Shown here: in pieces, positions 12,735 to 27,100 of the stretch
Position numbering within the stretch: position 1 is the first letter of the stretch
How the letters are laid out: the number at the start of each line of letters is the position of its first letter
Source: Acanthaster planci
Taxonomy: Eukaryota
Reading direction: 5' to 3'
Assembly: GCF_001949145.1 (NCBI RefSeq)
Contig: NW_019091360.1
Coordinates: 802,137-866,136, forward strand
Length of the DNA: 64,000 nt
Made by a program: the position numbers and the translations under genes
Notes under the pieces: model-generated
Seen by the model: the letters and a program-made list of their open reading frames with translations, nothing else
Database searches by the model: none
Told to the model about the DNA's origin: nothing

Positions 12735-14859
12735 TTAAGGATTAATGTCTAATATTGTGGTTTTCTACACATCATTAAAAGTCCCCATGTTACTGCATTT
12801 GGGAAGCAATGATGCCAGCTTATCTTCATGCATACATGGAAATACCCCCCCATTACATCATCAACTAAACACAAACACAAAATGTGACCTTTCATGTTTC
12901 TGAAATTGGCCCAGTTGGTCGTGGAAAGAAAATGCCTTTTACTTCTCTTAAAATTCAAGTCTTAAATTTCTGGCCAATGAATTCATTGTTGATTGGTTTT
13001 GAGTGACCAATCTATCTCAAACTCTAGATGTCGAAATATTTGAAGGCTTTTAAGTACCTCTTTAAACACTCTGAAGTCAGGATGTGCATTTTGTATAGTT
13101 ACTTACAGACCAATGATTTTGACACATTCTAATTTGCTCTATGTGGGAATGAGATGGCATGCTTTTAGTTACGACAGTCCTGTGGTGGAACTCATCATTT
13201 GTGCATTTTGCACAGATCATGCTAAACATGTATGACAAGCTGGTGCCACAATGTGTTGTCGCTGCAAGTACACAGGGCATCGAAATGAAACAACCTCCAT
13301 CCTTCCCAACCTGCCTCTTCTTTGCTGATTAGCGGATGATACACCTACACCATACATGTACTGATTCCAAAACTGACATTACAACGTAGTACAATTTTAC
13401 ATGTACATGTATGCAATCATCTTTTCCCATAGTAAAGCACGTACAGTTGCATACATGAACATGAATGTGTTTACAATTTACACAGTTCAACTTAAGACTC
13501 TACATTGCATAGTATCACATGTCATCAGCATAGAGATACAGCCTGCAAGCTGTCTTTGGCAGTGACAGGCTCTATACCTACATGTATACATCAGCATGCA
13601 CAGATTTGTATTTTGTGAGAATTGAAAAGGATCACGACAGTTTGAGTTCTTTCCCATAAATAAAATGTTATTCTCAACAAAACATCTAATAGTACTCAGC
13701 ACTCACCAGCGGTTACCTCACACTCGACGCTGAATAGAAAACCTTTAGGTAGAATGTGTGAGACACCAAGTAGACAATGTTGCACATAGTACGCTACAGG
13801 ACTTTTGGAATTTGACCTCAAAAATATTCCAAGCAGCTTTTGTACAGTGTACATGTACGTGTAAGTGTACATGTACATGTACGATACGATATGTGCATGT
13901 TTCTTAGATTAAAGAGCACTGTGAACATTCCACTAAAAGTGTTCCATAATCCATCCATACAAGTTTCCATCTTAACATCAAGTCATGCAAAAAATGCTTG
14001 TCAGTCTTTTTACGTGTACACTGGAACAATATAAGCTGTCTACATTTTCTAAAGCCCATATATAAAACACACGTAGCCCTACCATTTGGGTTGTGTGTTC
14101 TGGTAGATCAAATATTGATTCACAAATAATGCCCCAAAAATTGTTTATTTGTAAACTTAAAATGCACTATGTACAGTGGAAACATGTTTGGTAATGGTGT
14201 GCCTACACTATCTGTATTTATATTCTTGAACATGGCTCGTTCATACATTGTAGAATTACTAGTATGCTCCGAGTTTTTGGCCATTTAATGGTAAGGTTAA
14301 TTTTGTATCACCACATGCTGGTGGTGTGGCCCCTACTTGGGAAGTATCAAGTGCGGCATACGACACATTCTGGGCATGTTCATCTCAGCATGGCTTCAAC
14401 TTGTGGTGTAAAGCCACGTCATACCACTGAAAATATACACGTATCACTTATAATGAAGTTAAGACCCGCTGGCCTTCAGTTTTTGGGTCCAATACTTCTG
14501 AGACAACAGAAGTGAGAAAGTTCTGTAAAAGAGAGACATATACACTGTAGTTCTTAAGTTCTACATGTGCATTATTCACTGAACTTGTCAGATGAAGTGG
14601 GGGGCATGTGGCCAAGTGGTTAGGGTAAAGTCAAGAATTTTCTGCTTTCTGAAAGTCAAATTCTGCTCTCTTCCGCTTTCTAAATTTTATGTACAAAAAC
14701 TGCATGTGACTGTACTTATGTACATGTAATGTAGGCCTACATTTACCGTACATCTACAGGTATCTTTGGCATAATTGTACATGTAGGGCTTACACACACC
14801 ATGCCACTGTGATCTTGGACTGGTCCCTGTCCGTTTTGATTTATTCATAAGCCGTGAGA

Positions 14860-15620
14860 TGTGTGGGCACTATGTAGGGAACGGGGACAAACTGACAACG
14901 GGCTAATAGCGATAGGAAAACTGCGATTCTACGTGGCTGGTCCGCGTCCCTTGAAGCACGTACTATACGTGACACAGATCAATGCGGAGTGCACTGGTGG
15001 TACATGTACATGCAACAATGCGTTATGGGACACTCCGATTAGCTACACGTATCCGTAAGGGTACGGGTACGGGTTTGTGCTTGCGAACATGCAGCAGATC
15101 AATGCGAAAGTGTGCAATAGCGGTATATGCAACAATGCATTATGGGACACCGCGCTTAGCAATCCGTAAGGGTGCGAGTCTGTGCTTGCTAGCACGCACG
15201 ATGTTCATTGCTGCATGAAGTTGGACAGTCAACGCTACCCCCTCTGGACAGTCCATGTAGCGCACACCTGGCCTGGCCTGTAACGCAGGGGTGCGCATAA
15301 CTATAGTAACCGCTCGCTGCTTAAGAAATTTTTTGTTTGCATGAGTGAAGGCAATGTGGCCGTATACCATGCGGTCTGCGCAAGCCCCATTGCTCGTGGT
15401 GTGGTCTCACCGACCAGCGTGGCCGGCGAGTGCTAGCGCTGGGCTTAATTTATTGTTAATTATTTTGACAACTCACTGGAAAGGGCACAATGGCCAAAGT
15501 GTGCCTAGGGCACAGCAAAAGTGGCCATGGACAATGCAATTTTCCGAGGGGCATCACGGCAAGTAAAAAGGTATCGACGGCACTGGCTGTCGTGGCCGTC
15601 GTGAATTTCAAACCCTGATT
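14860..15620. repeat. CpG-rich probable TE-derived segment with an internal ~120-bp tandem duplication
   Basis: Units start at 14975 and 15095 (CAGATCAATGCG...ATGCAACAATGC-TTATGGGACAC...ATCCGTAAGGGT...TGTGCTTGC). CpG is visibly denser than in the flanks. Confidence 0.65.
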
Positions 15621-16420
15621 ATTTGCATTTGGTGCATCTTTGCTGCAAGCAAGCATGCAGGGGCTGCTTTATCACTGAGGGTTGTTGCCCAGGTTTGGAA
15701 GAAAGAAGTTTGCAGAGAGAAAAAACAATATATCACTCTCTCCAAACAGGCAGTCTAAGCAAATCACATACAAAACATTAAAAATTCAATCAAAGGCAAG
15801 CTACATTTACCATGTTTAAAAGGACCAGCAAATATACACATGCAGACGTAGCTATTCAACGTATTGTTATTGGTCCGTGTCAGATCATACAATGGAGTTA
15901 GGGTTGTAATCATTGACCAAAAATATTATCAGGACAAGCTCAAAGTCAAGTTTAAACAGTACAAAGGCTCAAGGTGTATCCAAATTTATTTTTTGATTTG
16001 GTTTATTAAAATAAAATGTCATCGTTGCCAGAGGCAAAATTACAATCACAGACAGCAATAAAACAAACGTATAAAGTTTATTATAATGTAAATGAAATTC
16101 ACGAAAATTATGAACATCACAATGTACAGAATAATTTTGAAATATGAAAAATGAGAAAAAGGTTAATAATACAGAAAGAGAAGTAGTCATAATGCTGTAT
16201 AAACATTAGAGAACACTGATAACATAGCCTACACACCATTGAGTGACATTAGACATACCGTATAATACATCTATAAGTACAATCATATTATGCACTTAAA
16301 CAATTTTTATATTTAAAGATAAGATTAAACAGCTTTATTCCATCCTAACAATGATACTGGGTACATTACTAAAATATTGTATGTTCAACTAAAGAGGTAG
16401 CATAGACACTGATTTAAGTA

Positions 16421-16437
16421 TTGATTGATTGGTCGAC

Positions 16438-16505
<68 letters not shown>

Positions 16506-16585
16506 TGATTGATTGATTGATTGATTGACTGATTGGTTGGTTGATTGATTGATTGATTGATTGATCAATTGATTGATCAATTGAT
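16421..16585. repeat. (GATT)n microsatellite
   Basis: Long, nearly perfect TTGA/GATT run with degenerate edges. Confidence 0.98.
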
Positions 16586-19500
16586 CGGTCCATTAGTCAA
16601 TTGATCCAATGAACAAATGAATGATCAAACAAACTTGTAATATGTGTACATTGTACATACAGTAGCTGCAGGCTCACCCCTTGTGTTGTTATTTCAGTAA
16701 AAAACTTGAACAAAATGAGAAACGTGTGAGTTTCCATTAACAGACATCCATCTGCCAATATGGATGACTTAAAAAAAATTATGTGAATTTATGTCATGTA
16801 GATGATTCAAGCACATGTATGCAAGTGTATAGATCGTGGTACCAGTATACATGGATGTACCTTTAATTAGCTGGACAAGCTGCTCTGCTTCTTTCAATTT
16901 AAATTAATGAAAAATGGCAAAGACAATGGTTATTAACATCATGACCAAAATTATTGTGAAAAACATTTAACAAATGTCTGTGTTGTCATTGCAGTTGTTG
17001 TACTCTTGAAGTATTCATCATCATAAGACAAGATGGCTGTGCCTTTAACACTCTTCAAACTTGCAGTTGAAAAAAGTGGCCCTAATACAGTAGAGACCAC
17101 AACTGTACTGCTTGTAACTCTTAAATAAAGTAAAATGAGACATGAAAATCAACTATATAACTAACGGACAGTTTGTTGACAGATCAGTTTGTCTTACTTT
17201 CAATACCGGTAATTTCAATTCAGTTAAATGAACAAGAACATCTTATAAAATATGTGTACATGTACCGATGTGTGACCGATAAATCTGTGGCCATCATTAT
17301 TATAAGAATTCATATAACAGTCTGCTGTAAAGTTTCCCAGGTGCTTTAAGCTCTCATGCTCTTTTGCCCATACTAAAATCTGACCGACTTACCGTACAAT
17401 AGACCAGTATTGGCTAAACACTGTTCCTACCTGGGCAGNNNNNNNNNNNNNNNNNNNNNNNNNNNNNNNNNNNNNNNNNNNNNNNNNNNNNNNNNNNNNN
17501 NNNNNNNNNNNNNNNNNNNNNNNNNNNNNNNNNNNNNNNNNNNNNNNNNNNNNNNNNNNNNNNNNNNNNNNNNNNNNNNNNNNNNNNNNNNNNNNNNNNN
17601 NNNNNNNNNNNNNNNNNNNNNNNNNNNNNNNNNNNNNNNNNNNNNNNNNNNNNNNNNNNNNNNNNNNNNNNNNNNNNNNNNNNNNNNNNNNNNNNNNNNN
17701 NNNNNNNNNNNNNNNNNNNNNNNNNNNNNNNNNNNNNNNNNNNNNNNNNNNNNNNNNNNNNNNNNNNNNNNNNNNNNNNNNNNNNNNNNNNNNNNNNNNN
17801 NNNNNNNNNNNNNNNNNNNNNNNNNNNNNNNNNNNNNNNNNNNNNNNNNNNNNNNNNNNNNNNNNNNNNNNNNNNNNNNNNNNNNNNNNNNNNNNNNNNN
17901 NNNNNNNNNNNNNNNNNNNNNNNNNNNNNNNNNNNNNNNNNNNNNNNNNNNNNNNNNNNNNNNNNNNNCAGTAACTGGGTCATATCAAGCGCACTTTGTA
18001 AAGCTTAAACCATATTTCCTACTGTAGGGGGTCCATGGTTACATGAAATGTCATGCATTCATGTACTTGTACATTGTACAGTATGTATACAAAAGAACGC
18101 AATAATTTGATCTAATGAAGCCATTGTAATTCTACATGTAACTCATTAGCTGCAGCGTACATGCACAATCCAAGGGGAATCTCCAAATCATCTCAAATAT
18201 GCAGACCAATCAACATTGAGAAGGGCATCATGACACCACTCTTGAAGAAAGATCAACATTCTCTGTGCACATCTTTAGGACTGCAGTCAGGGCTCCAAGG
18301 AAACAATGACGACAGCAGCCAGTGCTGTGGCTGTTCCCTTCTTACTGGTTGAGGTACGCCACAAAAATTGCCAGCTTCATGGCCAGTTTTGCCTTATGCC
18401 CTGTATAACATGCAATGTGTACATTTACATGTACCAGCACAATGACCTTGGCAATCACATCCATTTTGCAAAAACATCCATACGCCTTATGGTCCTCGAT
18501 ATCAGTTTGCTTTAAACACACCAACACTTAATTCGATGTCATGCCAGCCAGATTGGTTGTCTTGATATCTCTCTGAATCATTCACACATATACACGTCGC
18601 GGGGTCATTAACATAAACACAAACTGTTCAAATACAATGTGTGGCTTGGTGCTCAATTCCTCACTAGCAAAAATGCATAAGGTACGTTTGTGTAGTGTAT
18701 GTGTACACATACATGTATGTTCATGTATCCCAACTAAATTTGGTTCACTTGGAGAGTGTTTCAGTACCTCAAGCAGTGACACCTCCCGCAGCAAAAATAA
18801 ATAGCTGTAGTGTATTCATACACCCACATTCCAAGAGGAGTACTGTACATCGTACATGTACATGCATGTGCGGCAGATCCTGCATGTCGGGTACCTGTAC
18901 TTCCAATATTGACCAACTTTCTCTTTCTTGGTACTTGTGCATGTGGTACCCAACACTCACGGATGGTTGCGTACTTGTACATGGCAAATGACAGTTTTAA
19001 CATGCGTGGTGTTCAGTTGTCAGAACTTTTTTGGATAACTAACTTACAAACTCAAAGTTCTGAAACAACAAAATTTGGCAAATCAACATGCCATGCAAGA
19101 GAGGTTAAAGTGGATGGCCCAAACTGAACTGGAGAGGTCAGCCAACAAATAAAAAAAAATTGATTTCTTTTTTATTACTTTTATTACATTTATTAGGATA
19201 AATACTCCCATTTACACCTTGTGGTCTCCATGCCCCTTCAGTCAATATGCATACGCATTGGTGCACCCTATATCTACATGTATCTTCTAGTCTTAGTGCC
19301 TTCTATAATTGTCTTATTTACGTGTAAGGCAAGAGTGGCCTTGCCCTAAAAATCACCAACTTCAAGGTCTTTTTTTTTTATTACTGTTCCAGTGTACATG
19401 TGTAATAATTGCAAGCAATTCAGATATCTTTTCCCAAGCTTGGTCACCAGATGTGACCTTGTGCTAAAACTGCAGAAAGTGCAAACAATAGTTCTAAGTG

Positions 19501-21046
19501 CGGTGACAAGGCATTTTTGGTATGTAGGATTTGGCTGATGTGTGGGAAATACATGTACATGTACCGGTACATGCTGTCCCCTATAGTTGATTCTCAGTAT
19601 AAAGAACAATGTTATTTCAAAATACTGTTTTAAAGAATCTCAATGTCTTGAAGTCTCTTGTTGTTTTCCACTCCTTTTATAACAAAGTCCTAGTTGAACT
19701 TGTCTGGTCCCTGTAACTTTTTTATAACGATAGTTGACGGTAAATGTATGCTTTTTGTTAAGGGCAGATAATTTATTTCAGTTTTCATTTATTTCCTTAA
19801 AGTTGATGTTTGTTAAATTTGAATGAATGAATCATTTATTTCAATGCTGTCATTCTTTACAATAAGCAAACATGATTCACATTACTTAAGTACTAAGTAC
19901 ATTGCCATTAAATTGAGCAACATTACATAATGTATCATTTTACATTTGATGAATTAGATGACAACATTCAGGTTTAAGGTTAAGTAAGAACGCTTGGTAC
20001 CCCAACCTATGGAGAGACAAAGAAAACGAAGCAATCTTACCTACAACGACAGACAAATGACAAACAGGACAAAGCAAAAACAAGTATGAGACATCACTGC
20101 AAGTGGTTTACATGCACATTTCATGGTAGCCTATTGAGATCATTTTATAGATGTAATAGACTTCAAACATGAATTATTATCATTATTATTAACCCTAAAT
20201 AAAGGTTTCTTTGCCAAAAAATTGCTCATTTCTTAACTGAATTGTCAGGGGCTTCATAAATTTATACTGGACTGCCATAATTGACCAGTTATCGGTCAGT
20301 ACATGTATACGGTATATGCAGACTTGCGTGGACATATCTTTAGGCTTCGGCATGTGCAGCAAGTTATCACTCTTGAAATTTAATATACTTGTGCCTGGTA
20401 GGTAGGTAGGTACATGTAGATGTGCAGTAGCTCTGACATGTCTGAGGTAGTACTGTGGAACTGTTTGAATGGTGCATAATTTGCTCCAAGTACTGTACCA
20501 GCACACTTTTACATGCAACAACACAATTTTGTTATCTGAAAACAAATGTATAGAGTAGAGACTTTATGGAAAATTATCCCTTCCACTTCAAAGGAATATC
20601 AATGGCAGCAACGTACATATCACCAATCACTTGTAATTGATAAGCCTTCGCCACATCTGCACATCACGGCATATCCTTTGCTCCCTGTGCAATTTCCTTA
20701 GCCTTTACAGCCAATGGAATGCACTGTGGAGGAAAGTGTACATATACATTGTAAGAGAGCATCTGCGCAGAGGAATATTACAAGCATATGCCAATGTACA
20801 TACTATGTGAATGCTATCCCTGGGCTGTCTGGTGTTTTCACCTACACATTCAATGTACATGTATATGTTCTGGCAGGTATACCTGTACAGTACTTATACA
20901 TGAATGCACACCTGATGTGCACTACATCTTGGAGAAACATTTGTTTTCACTCGTCAGCTTTGATGGAAGTATCAACTTGACGGTCGGAAATTTTATTGGC
21001 TTGTTCTGGCAAAGGACACAGTAATTGTCTACTGTAAAAGGAAAAC

Positions 21047-21187
21047 ATGGCGGATGAGGATGTTGAAGAAGCTGAAAAGAGGAGACGAGCCAGCACGGAT
21101 TCTGTAGGCAAGAGAAAAGTCAGTCTTGATTTTGGCAAGCGGAGGGGAAGTTTATCTTTTGCTAGGTGGTTCCGCAGAGACAAAGAG
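21047..21187 (+). CDS. SLC4 putative first coding exon, [47 protein letters not shown]
   Basis: Strong start context AACATGG, 47 open protein-like codons and a phase-0 donor GAG|GTTGGT matching the phase-0 acceptor at 31161. No recognisable homology, so linkage is inferred. Confidence 0.7.
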
Positions 21188-24100
21188 GTTGGTTAGCATG
21201 CTATAACCAAAATACATGTACATGTGCCTAGAATGTCAACACTGATACAGTATGTTTTATCACTAAAGCTTTTTTGTGTGCACGTACTTGCAGCCTGCAC
21301 CAAGCTTGACCAGTGAGTTTTACTCATATTTACTTGAATGAAGGGACTCTGCGTTTTCTGAAGATTTTGAAGTTGAACATCAATATGGCTCCACTTCAGT
21401 AGTAGTTCCTGATTTGCCGGACATGTAGTCTATACATTCACCTTTTCTTATATTTCATAAATGTGTTTTGCAAACAGAAGCACCGCTGCTTTTTGATTGA
21501 AGTCTGTAGATTGGCATTAAAATTGTTCATTGCAGGTCAGAGATAAAATTTTAAAAAGTACAGGTACATGTTTGTAGAGCAAAGGACAAATTGTTCATGT
21601 GCATCTACGCTACTGGATATTACCATTACATTTGTACGGCATTACTGTATCAATAAAAGTCCTCAGTTTACAGGGTCACTTACTGTGCTCAAATCTACAT
21701 GTACTGTATTTGGGTTTAAGGTCCATTGAGTGGTTATTGTTACTTCAGTTGCATTCACTGAGGCATGTCTTTCAGTACTAGTTCCACTACGTTTACAGGG
21801 TCACTTACTGTGCTCAAAGCTAGTCACCAGTAAACACTAAACTGCTGTCTGGGCAGTCAAAAAAACAAATTTCTGCCTGTGTGCATCATAGCCTACATGT
21901 ACATGTATGTATGCTTTTGGCATTAAAGTTGTACTGGTAAGCATACTTGTGTGATGACAGCAAGGCAAGGTAAAAGTTATCCACTTGACAGTGAGGTAAG
22001 GGAAGAAGTTTTAACTGTTTAGTCAAGATCTACTTGGCATGTTATGTGTATACGTGTACTGTATGTTGAAAGTGTACATGTGCCATCTACAGTGTATGTG
22101 TATGCAGTGTTGCATATTAAATGAATTATCTTCACACAATGTCGAGCCTTAGGTGTTTCAGGTGTCTGTTCTGAAGAGATGTTTTAGCTGCGACTTGTTA
22201 GGCAGTTCAATTTATGCAGAGGGAAAGGGGTTGTTCGTCTGAGGGTAATCATACACAGTAAATTTATCTTTTTGATGATGACCACTCATTACAAACATCT
22301 GATACATGTGGGCATGTATCTGGACATTTATACATGTATTCAAATATACATGTATGCACCATCCTCTATTGGTCAGTCAGAGCCAAAGGTAAAAGTCATG
22401 ATGCACTCTACTGTACATCTAAGTCAAAACAACACTGAGGCTGTTAAATGTCAGCTGCCCTACGATATTGCACAAGGAATGTAAAGGACAGTCTCATTGG
22501 AGAGACTGCAGAAGATTCTTCCAAGCGGGGCAGAGCTTTTTGTCAGTGCCAGACGCACACTGCTCAGTTGGTTTTGCCCCGATAAACAGTGATGGTTATA
22601 TGATACACTGTTTCAAAGGACAAGCATGATGCATTTGAGCTTTCCACTAGATATGGAATTTTATTTTTTATCATGTCGATGCACCATGATTTAGGCGAAA
22701 AGATGTGTTAAAATACCAAATTAGGGTCAAGTGACGGCAATGGACTGATTGGTGCAAGCCCAAGCTGGTTTGAAATATACTAGTGAAAAGCCAGCACATT
22801 GCACTTTTATATCTATCCTACATGTACATGTTATGGTGAACAAATCGAAAAGGCTTTAAAAACTTCAATTTCTGTCAACCATTTTTGTATTTAATAGCTA
22901 TCCGTGTTTTGGGCTGTTTCTATGATGAACAGAGCTCAATGTACAACTGTACTTGTTTTTTAACTGCATCTTCATTACATGCTATATCATGGGGAAACAA
23001 AACAGGTTGAAATCTGCAGCAGTTTGGCTGTCTTATCTGTCACATTGCCAAGTTAATGACATAAAACAAGTGCTCATGTTCACAGTTATATAAGCACATG
23101 GCAATAAGGCAGTGGCCAACCCTTTCTCATAAGATGTATTCAATGAACATAACTGTGCAGTGCCCATTTTAGAATGGCATCACGGTACCTCCGTTAACCC
23201 AGAATAATGCAGAAGCTTTTAAGTGCAGCTTTGAGTACAAGCTAATAAAAACATCTTTACTAGTTTTCACTCATGCACATTAACAGTGCATACCACTAAA
23301 GGCATACAGTTGTACAAAATGGTTGTCTCAGAAAAATTCATCGCATGGACCCTTTAAAATTGGTTCAAATAGAAGAGTAATGATTACCTCATGATATTTA
23401 TGTACATGTGACAACTTGGACTTTGGGATTGTGAATGCATTCAGCATTAATTTCATTGAGGCATCAGATATTCAGTAGTAACCTGATGAAAGGCTTTGTG
23501 CAAATCCTGTTAATCCACTACTGTCAGCAAGGGTAACAGTTACAGCCAACAGTTGATTCAGCTGACATAACTCAGTGGCTGACTGCATACTTTCTCAAAT
23601 CCGCAACTCAGTTCTTAATCCTAACCCCATTAACACAATTTTAATAATAATCCTGTGGATTCAGAAAAGTCAGGAAAACTGAATTCTAGGGTGTCCTATC
23701 CTTGGCATTTTTAGTTCAGAGACAATTCTGCCAACTAACATTTGTCAGTGCAGTATGCTGCTGATAGTCAAAGGCCTTTATGTGAATAAGAGGACAGAAC
23801 ATATTTCCAAAACTTTGCACAAAACATCTCATTTGCCTGACCGATATGTGAAAATGTATTTATTTTTTGTGATTGTCTAACATCAGGTTTATTCGCCATC
23901 CTGAACCTAGTCCGGAGAGTATTTGAATATTGATTTTTGTCGTTGCTAACTTAGAGTTTGCAAAACATTCCTTCCAAAGTCACATGTACATGTGAAATTG
24001 ACCCAAGTTGACACGTCGTCTGGGATGACTTGGCAAGATGTCCATATTGCTGAACAAAATCCTGAAAAGTGCAAACTAACTACTGGCCATGTTGCATGAA

Positions 24101-27100
24101 GTTATTGATAAACTGTGACTTTCCCCTTTCCGTATTCCATCCCTGCCTTTTATTGTTTTTTTTTTTTAGATTTACAAGCATGTACACGTATGGACTTGCA
24201 TGTAAAATGTACAAGTCCATACGTGTACATGCTTGTAAATCTAAAAAAAAAACAATTTAGCCATTAGATTTTTGAAAATGTTTATGGGGAGATTTATCCA
24301 TCTCCCCCCTTCTTAATCCTTAGACACACAAATGATACCATCTTTAAAGAGTCACATAAAGACGCCTTTCCATATGCATGTTAACACTTGCACCAAGCGA
24401 TGCGCGTCCATCAAAATCGCTTCCGGGATGATTTTGATGGCCAAACACAATGCGCACATGTGTTATTTTAATGGAGTCAATTTTTGTGTCAGTAAAAGTG
24501 AAATGCATGAACACATTGTGGACACAATGCACCAAAAAACGTGCATGGAAAGCTTCCTCAAGAATGCTGATTTTTGTGCATGATGGTATTTTTGTTTTTA
24601 ACCCAAGCAATTTTTAATCCTCCAATTTTTATATTTTCCCATACTCCTGGGATTAGGGTTGAGAAAATCTGTCATGAATTTTGGTGTATACACACTGATA
24701 AGTACATTGCAGGTTCAATTTCAACACAGTTTTTGTGCGACTTTTATTCTTCAGTATATGAAAACTTTTCCTCTCTCTATTTGATTAAATGCATAGACTG
24801 CACTTTTTTAAACACTTAAAATAATCCATGATTTGCTTGGCCACTGAGGCTGCTGTTGCTGTGATGTCATCAAGAGAAGTGTAGTTCAGTGCATATATTT
24901 TCTGTTAAAATTGTAAACCCGAAATTTACTTGCAAAAACATCTCTGAGAAATCCATTGGTGCTTGCTTATTGCTATGCATATTAATAACAATGAGTCAGC
25001 AAAGAAGAGAACCTTTTGGGGTACAGTGTACGTGTCACATTAAAGCTTTCGTCCAGGGATGACATGACAATAATTTTGCTTATGAATATGGAAATACTCA
25101 TCTGAAACTGTGACACAAGGGTGCATTTTGAAGGGTTTTTCAAAAGAAATCGATCAGTTAACCTATATATACATGTACAATGTACATGTACTTGTAGATA
25201 CAGCAACATGTACTTGTAGATACAGCAACATGTACACTGTACTAGTACATGTACATGTATATGTGTGTTTGTGTTAAGTTTTACTGTGTTGTGTCCTGTA
25301 GAGAGTAATTCACAATTCAATTGACATCCTGTTCAAGATGCGATTCCATTGTCAGTTAGACGTGTACAGACCCAGAGAGTACCTACATGTACATGGACCA
25401 GTACGTGTAGTCTTTATAGTGGTAAGGCAAAGGCATACAGATAATCAGTGCAGAATTGGTAGGCATCAAAGTTTGATATTTGCTGGCTTACATGTATGAT
25501 GTAGTAGCTATGGTTACAATTCAAAGCAGACTTCTGTCATGGCTGCTAAGCAAAACAGAAATTATAACTGTGAACACTGCTTTGCATCTGTATTTACAGA
25601 AGTAAGGTTTTGACATCATGGTCAACATCGTACAAAATGGTTTATAGCTACATGCACAATGTATGCGTACATGTAGGTAAAAGAAATGAGGATCATTAAA
25701 GGGCTACATTTTATTGATGTAATGAGGTAGATTTCCCTGGGAATGTTGGTGGTCTTCATACCATTCAAAGTCTTTACAATACCAGTGTGCTGATCCATTC
25801 CCCATCCATGCCTTGTACAAATAACCTGAATTCAGGACAGAAATGTCAAAGATGTCTGTGCCATGCACTGGCACATGGTTCACATGTTATGCGCAAATGT
25901 ATGCAAGCATAACTTACATGTCAGCAGGCTTTTAGGAAAATGCTTTTCATCATGTGTATGGTCTACATTTAAATTATATTATCATTCTTCTTGACATTAT
26001 TTTAGATGTAGTTGAAATGACTTGGACCCTCCTCACTGCCCTGTTCAACATTTGGACATTATCTGGTGATAAAGTAGGGTCCAAACAAGTTACAGTAGCA
26101 GCAACATTGTAAACACCAATGGCAGCTTGTACATGTGCATGTACCTCAGGAGTCCTTGGATATTTTTTAATATATTTAATGGGAAATTGCACTTTTCACT
26201 TGCATTGTAAACGTGAGAACCTTCAGTGTAATCCTTAAACTCTACGTGTATCACAGGTGCTATATCCAGTATTTTTGAAGCCATTTTGAATTAAAATGTG
26301 TACTATTACAAGTGCGTGTGATTTGCAGAAAAGTATATGTAAACATACGGTACATGCACCCTTACCAAGAAACTTTGAACTCCATAAAAAGATAAGATTA
26401 ACCCTAAAGAGCTAAAGGGGCCCCCCCAACTTTTTTTTCAGATTTCGCTACACTGCTTTTTTTTCGGGAGCTGAGCCTTTATGAGTTTTTAGAGTAACTC
26501 TTCTGGTCATTTTGACATCAATGTTGTGAAAATCAAACATACCATTCTTGCACAGCACACATTCTTCCAAGGCAAGTCTGCCAAAAATTTAACCACTGGG
26601 AAGCTTAATGCACACAGGCTGGTGCACGTGTAGCTTTGAAATTCAAATGACCGTAACAGCAAACCCATATGTCTGATTGAGTTCAAACTTCACATTTGTA
26701 GATGATAAGGGATGTCATAACATGCATGCCAAGTTTAAACAAAAATTGCCACTGTGTTCTTATGGGGGGGGCAGAACTCCCTTGGCCCCCAGCTGTGAGA
26801 TGGGCAAAAATAACCCCCCCCCCCGCTCTTTAAGAGTTCATGCATTTGGAGGATGAAATCGGATGTTTTTGTAGGGTTGTTATCAGTAAAGCTGCTAATT
26901 GCAAAATGGACTCATGCAGTAGCAGTAGGTACCATACCAGTACTTTGCATTAGTGTACATTGTTCATGTACCAAGAAACTTTGAACTCCATAAAAAGACA
27001 AGATTAAGAGGATGAAATTTGTTGGGCTGCTGTTCATTGTGTATTGGACCCAGTAGCAGTGTAAGCAGGATCAGTATGACGTGCATGTAATTTGTACATG

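Noticed and set aside
12681..12737. Interstitial telomeric repeat (CCCTAA/TTAGGG)
   Set aside because: Only single hexamers occur, as part of inverted termini, and there is no tandem array.
14599..14628. tRNA A-box-like GTGGCCAAGTGGTTAG
   Set aside because: There is no B box or cloverleaf downstream. At most it is a SINE head fragment.
16389..16580. (INQS)n 63-aa ORF
   Set aside because: It is the translation of the (GATT)n microsatellite.
18306..18353. Another possible phase-0 first exon, MTTAASAVAVPFLLVE|GTACGC
   Set aside because: The only support is an ATG and a moderate donor, which is expected by chance in 30 kb. There is no promoter or homology evidence.
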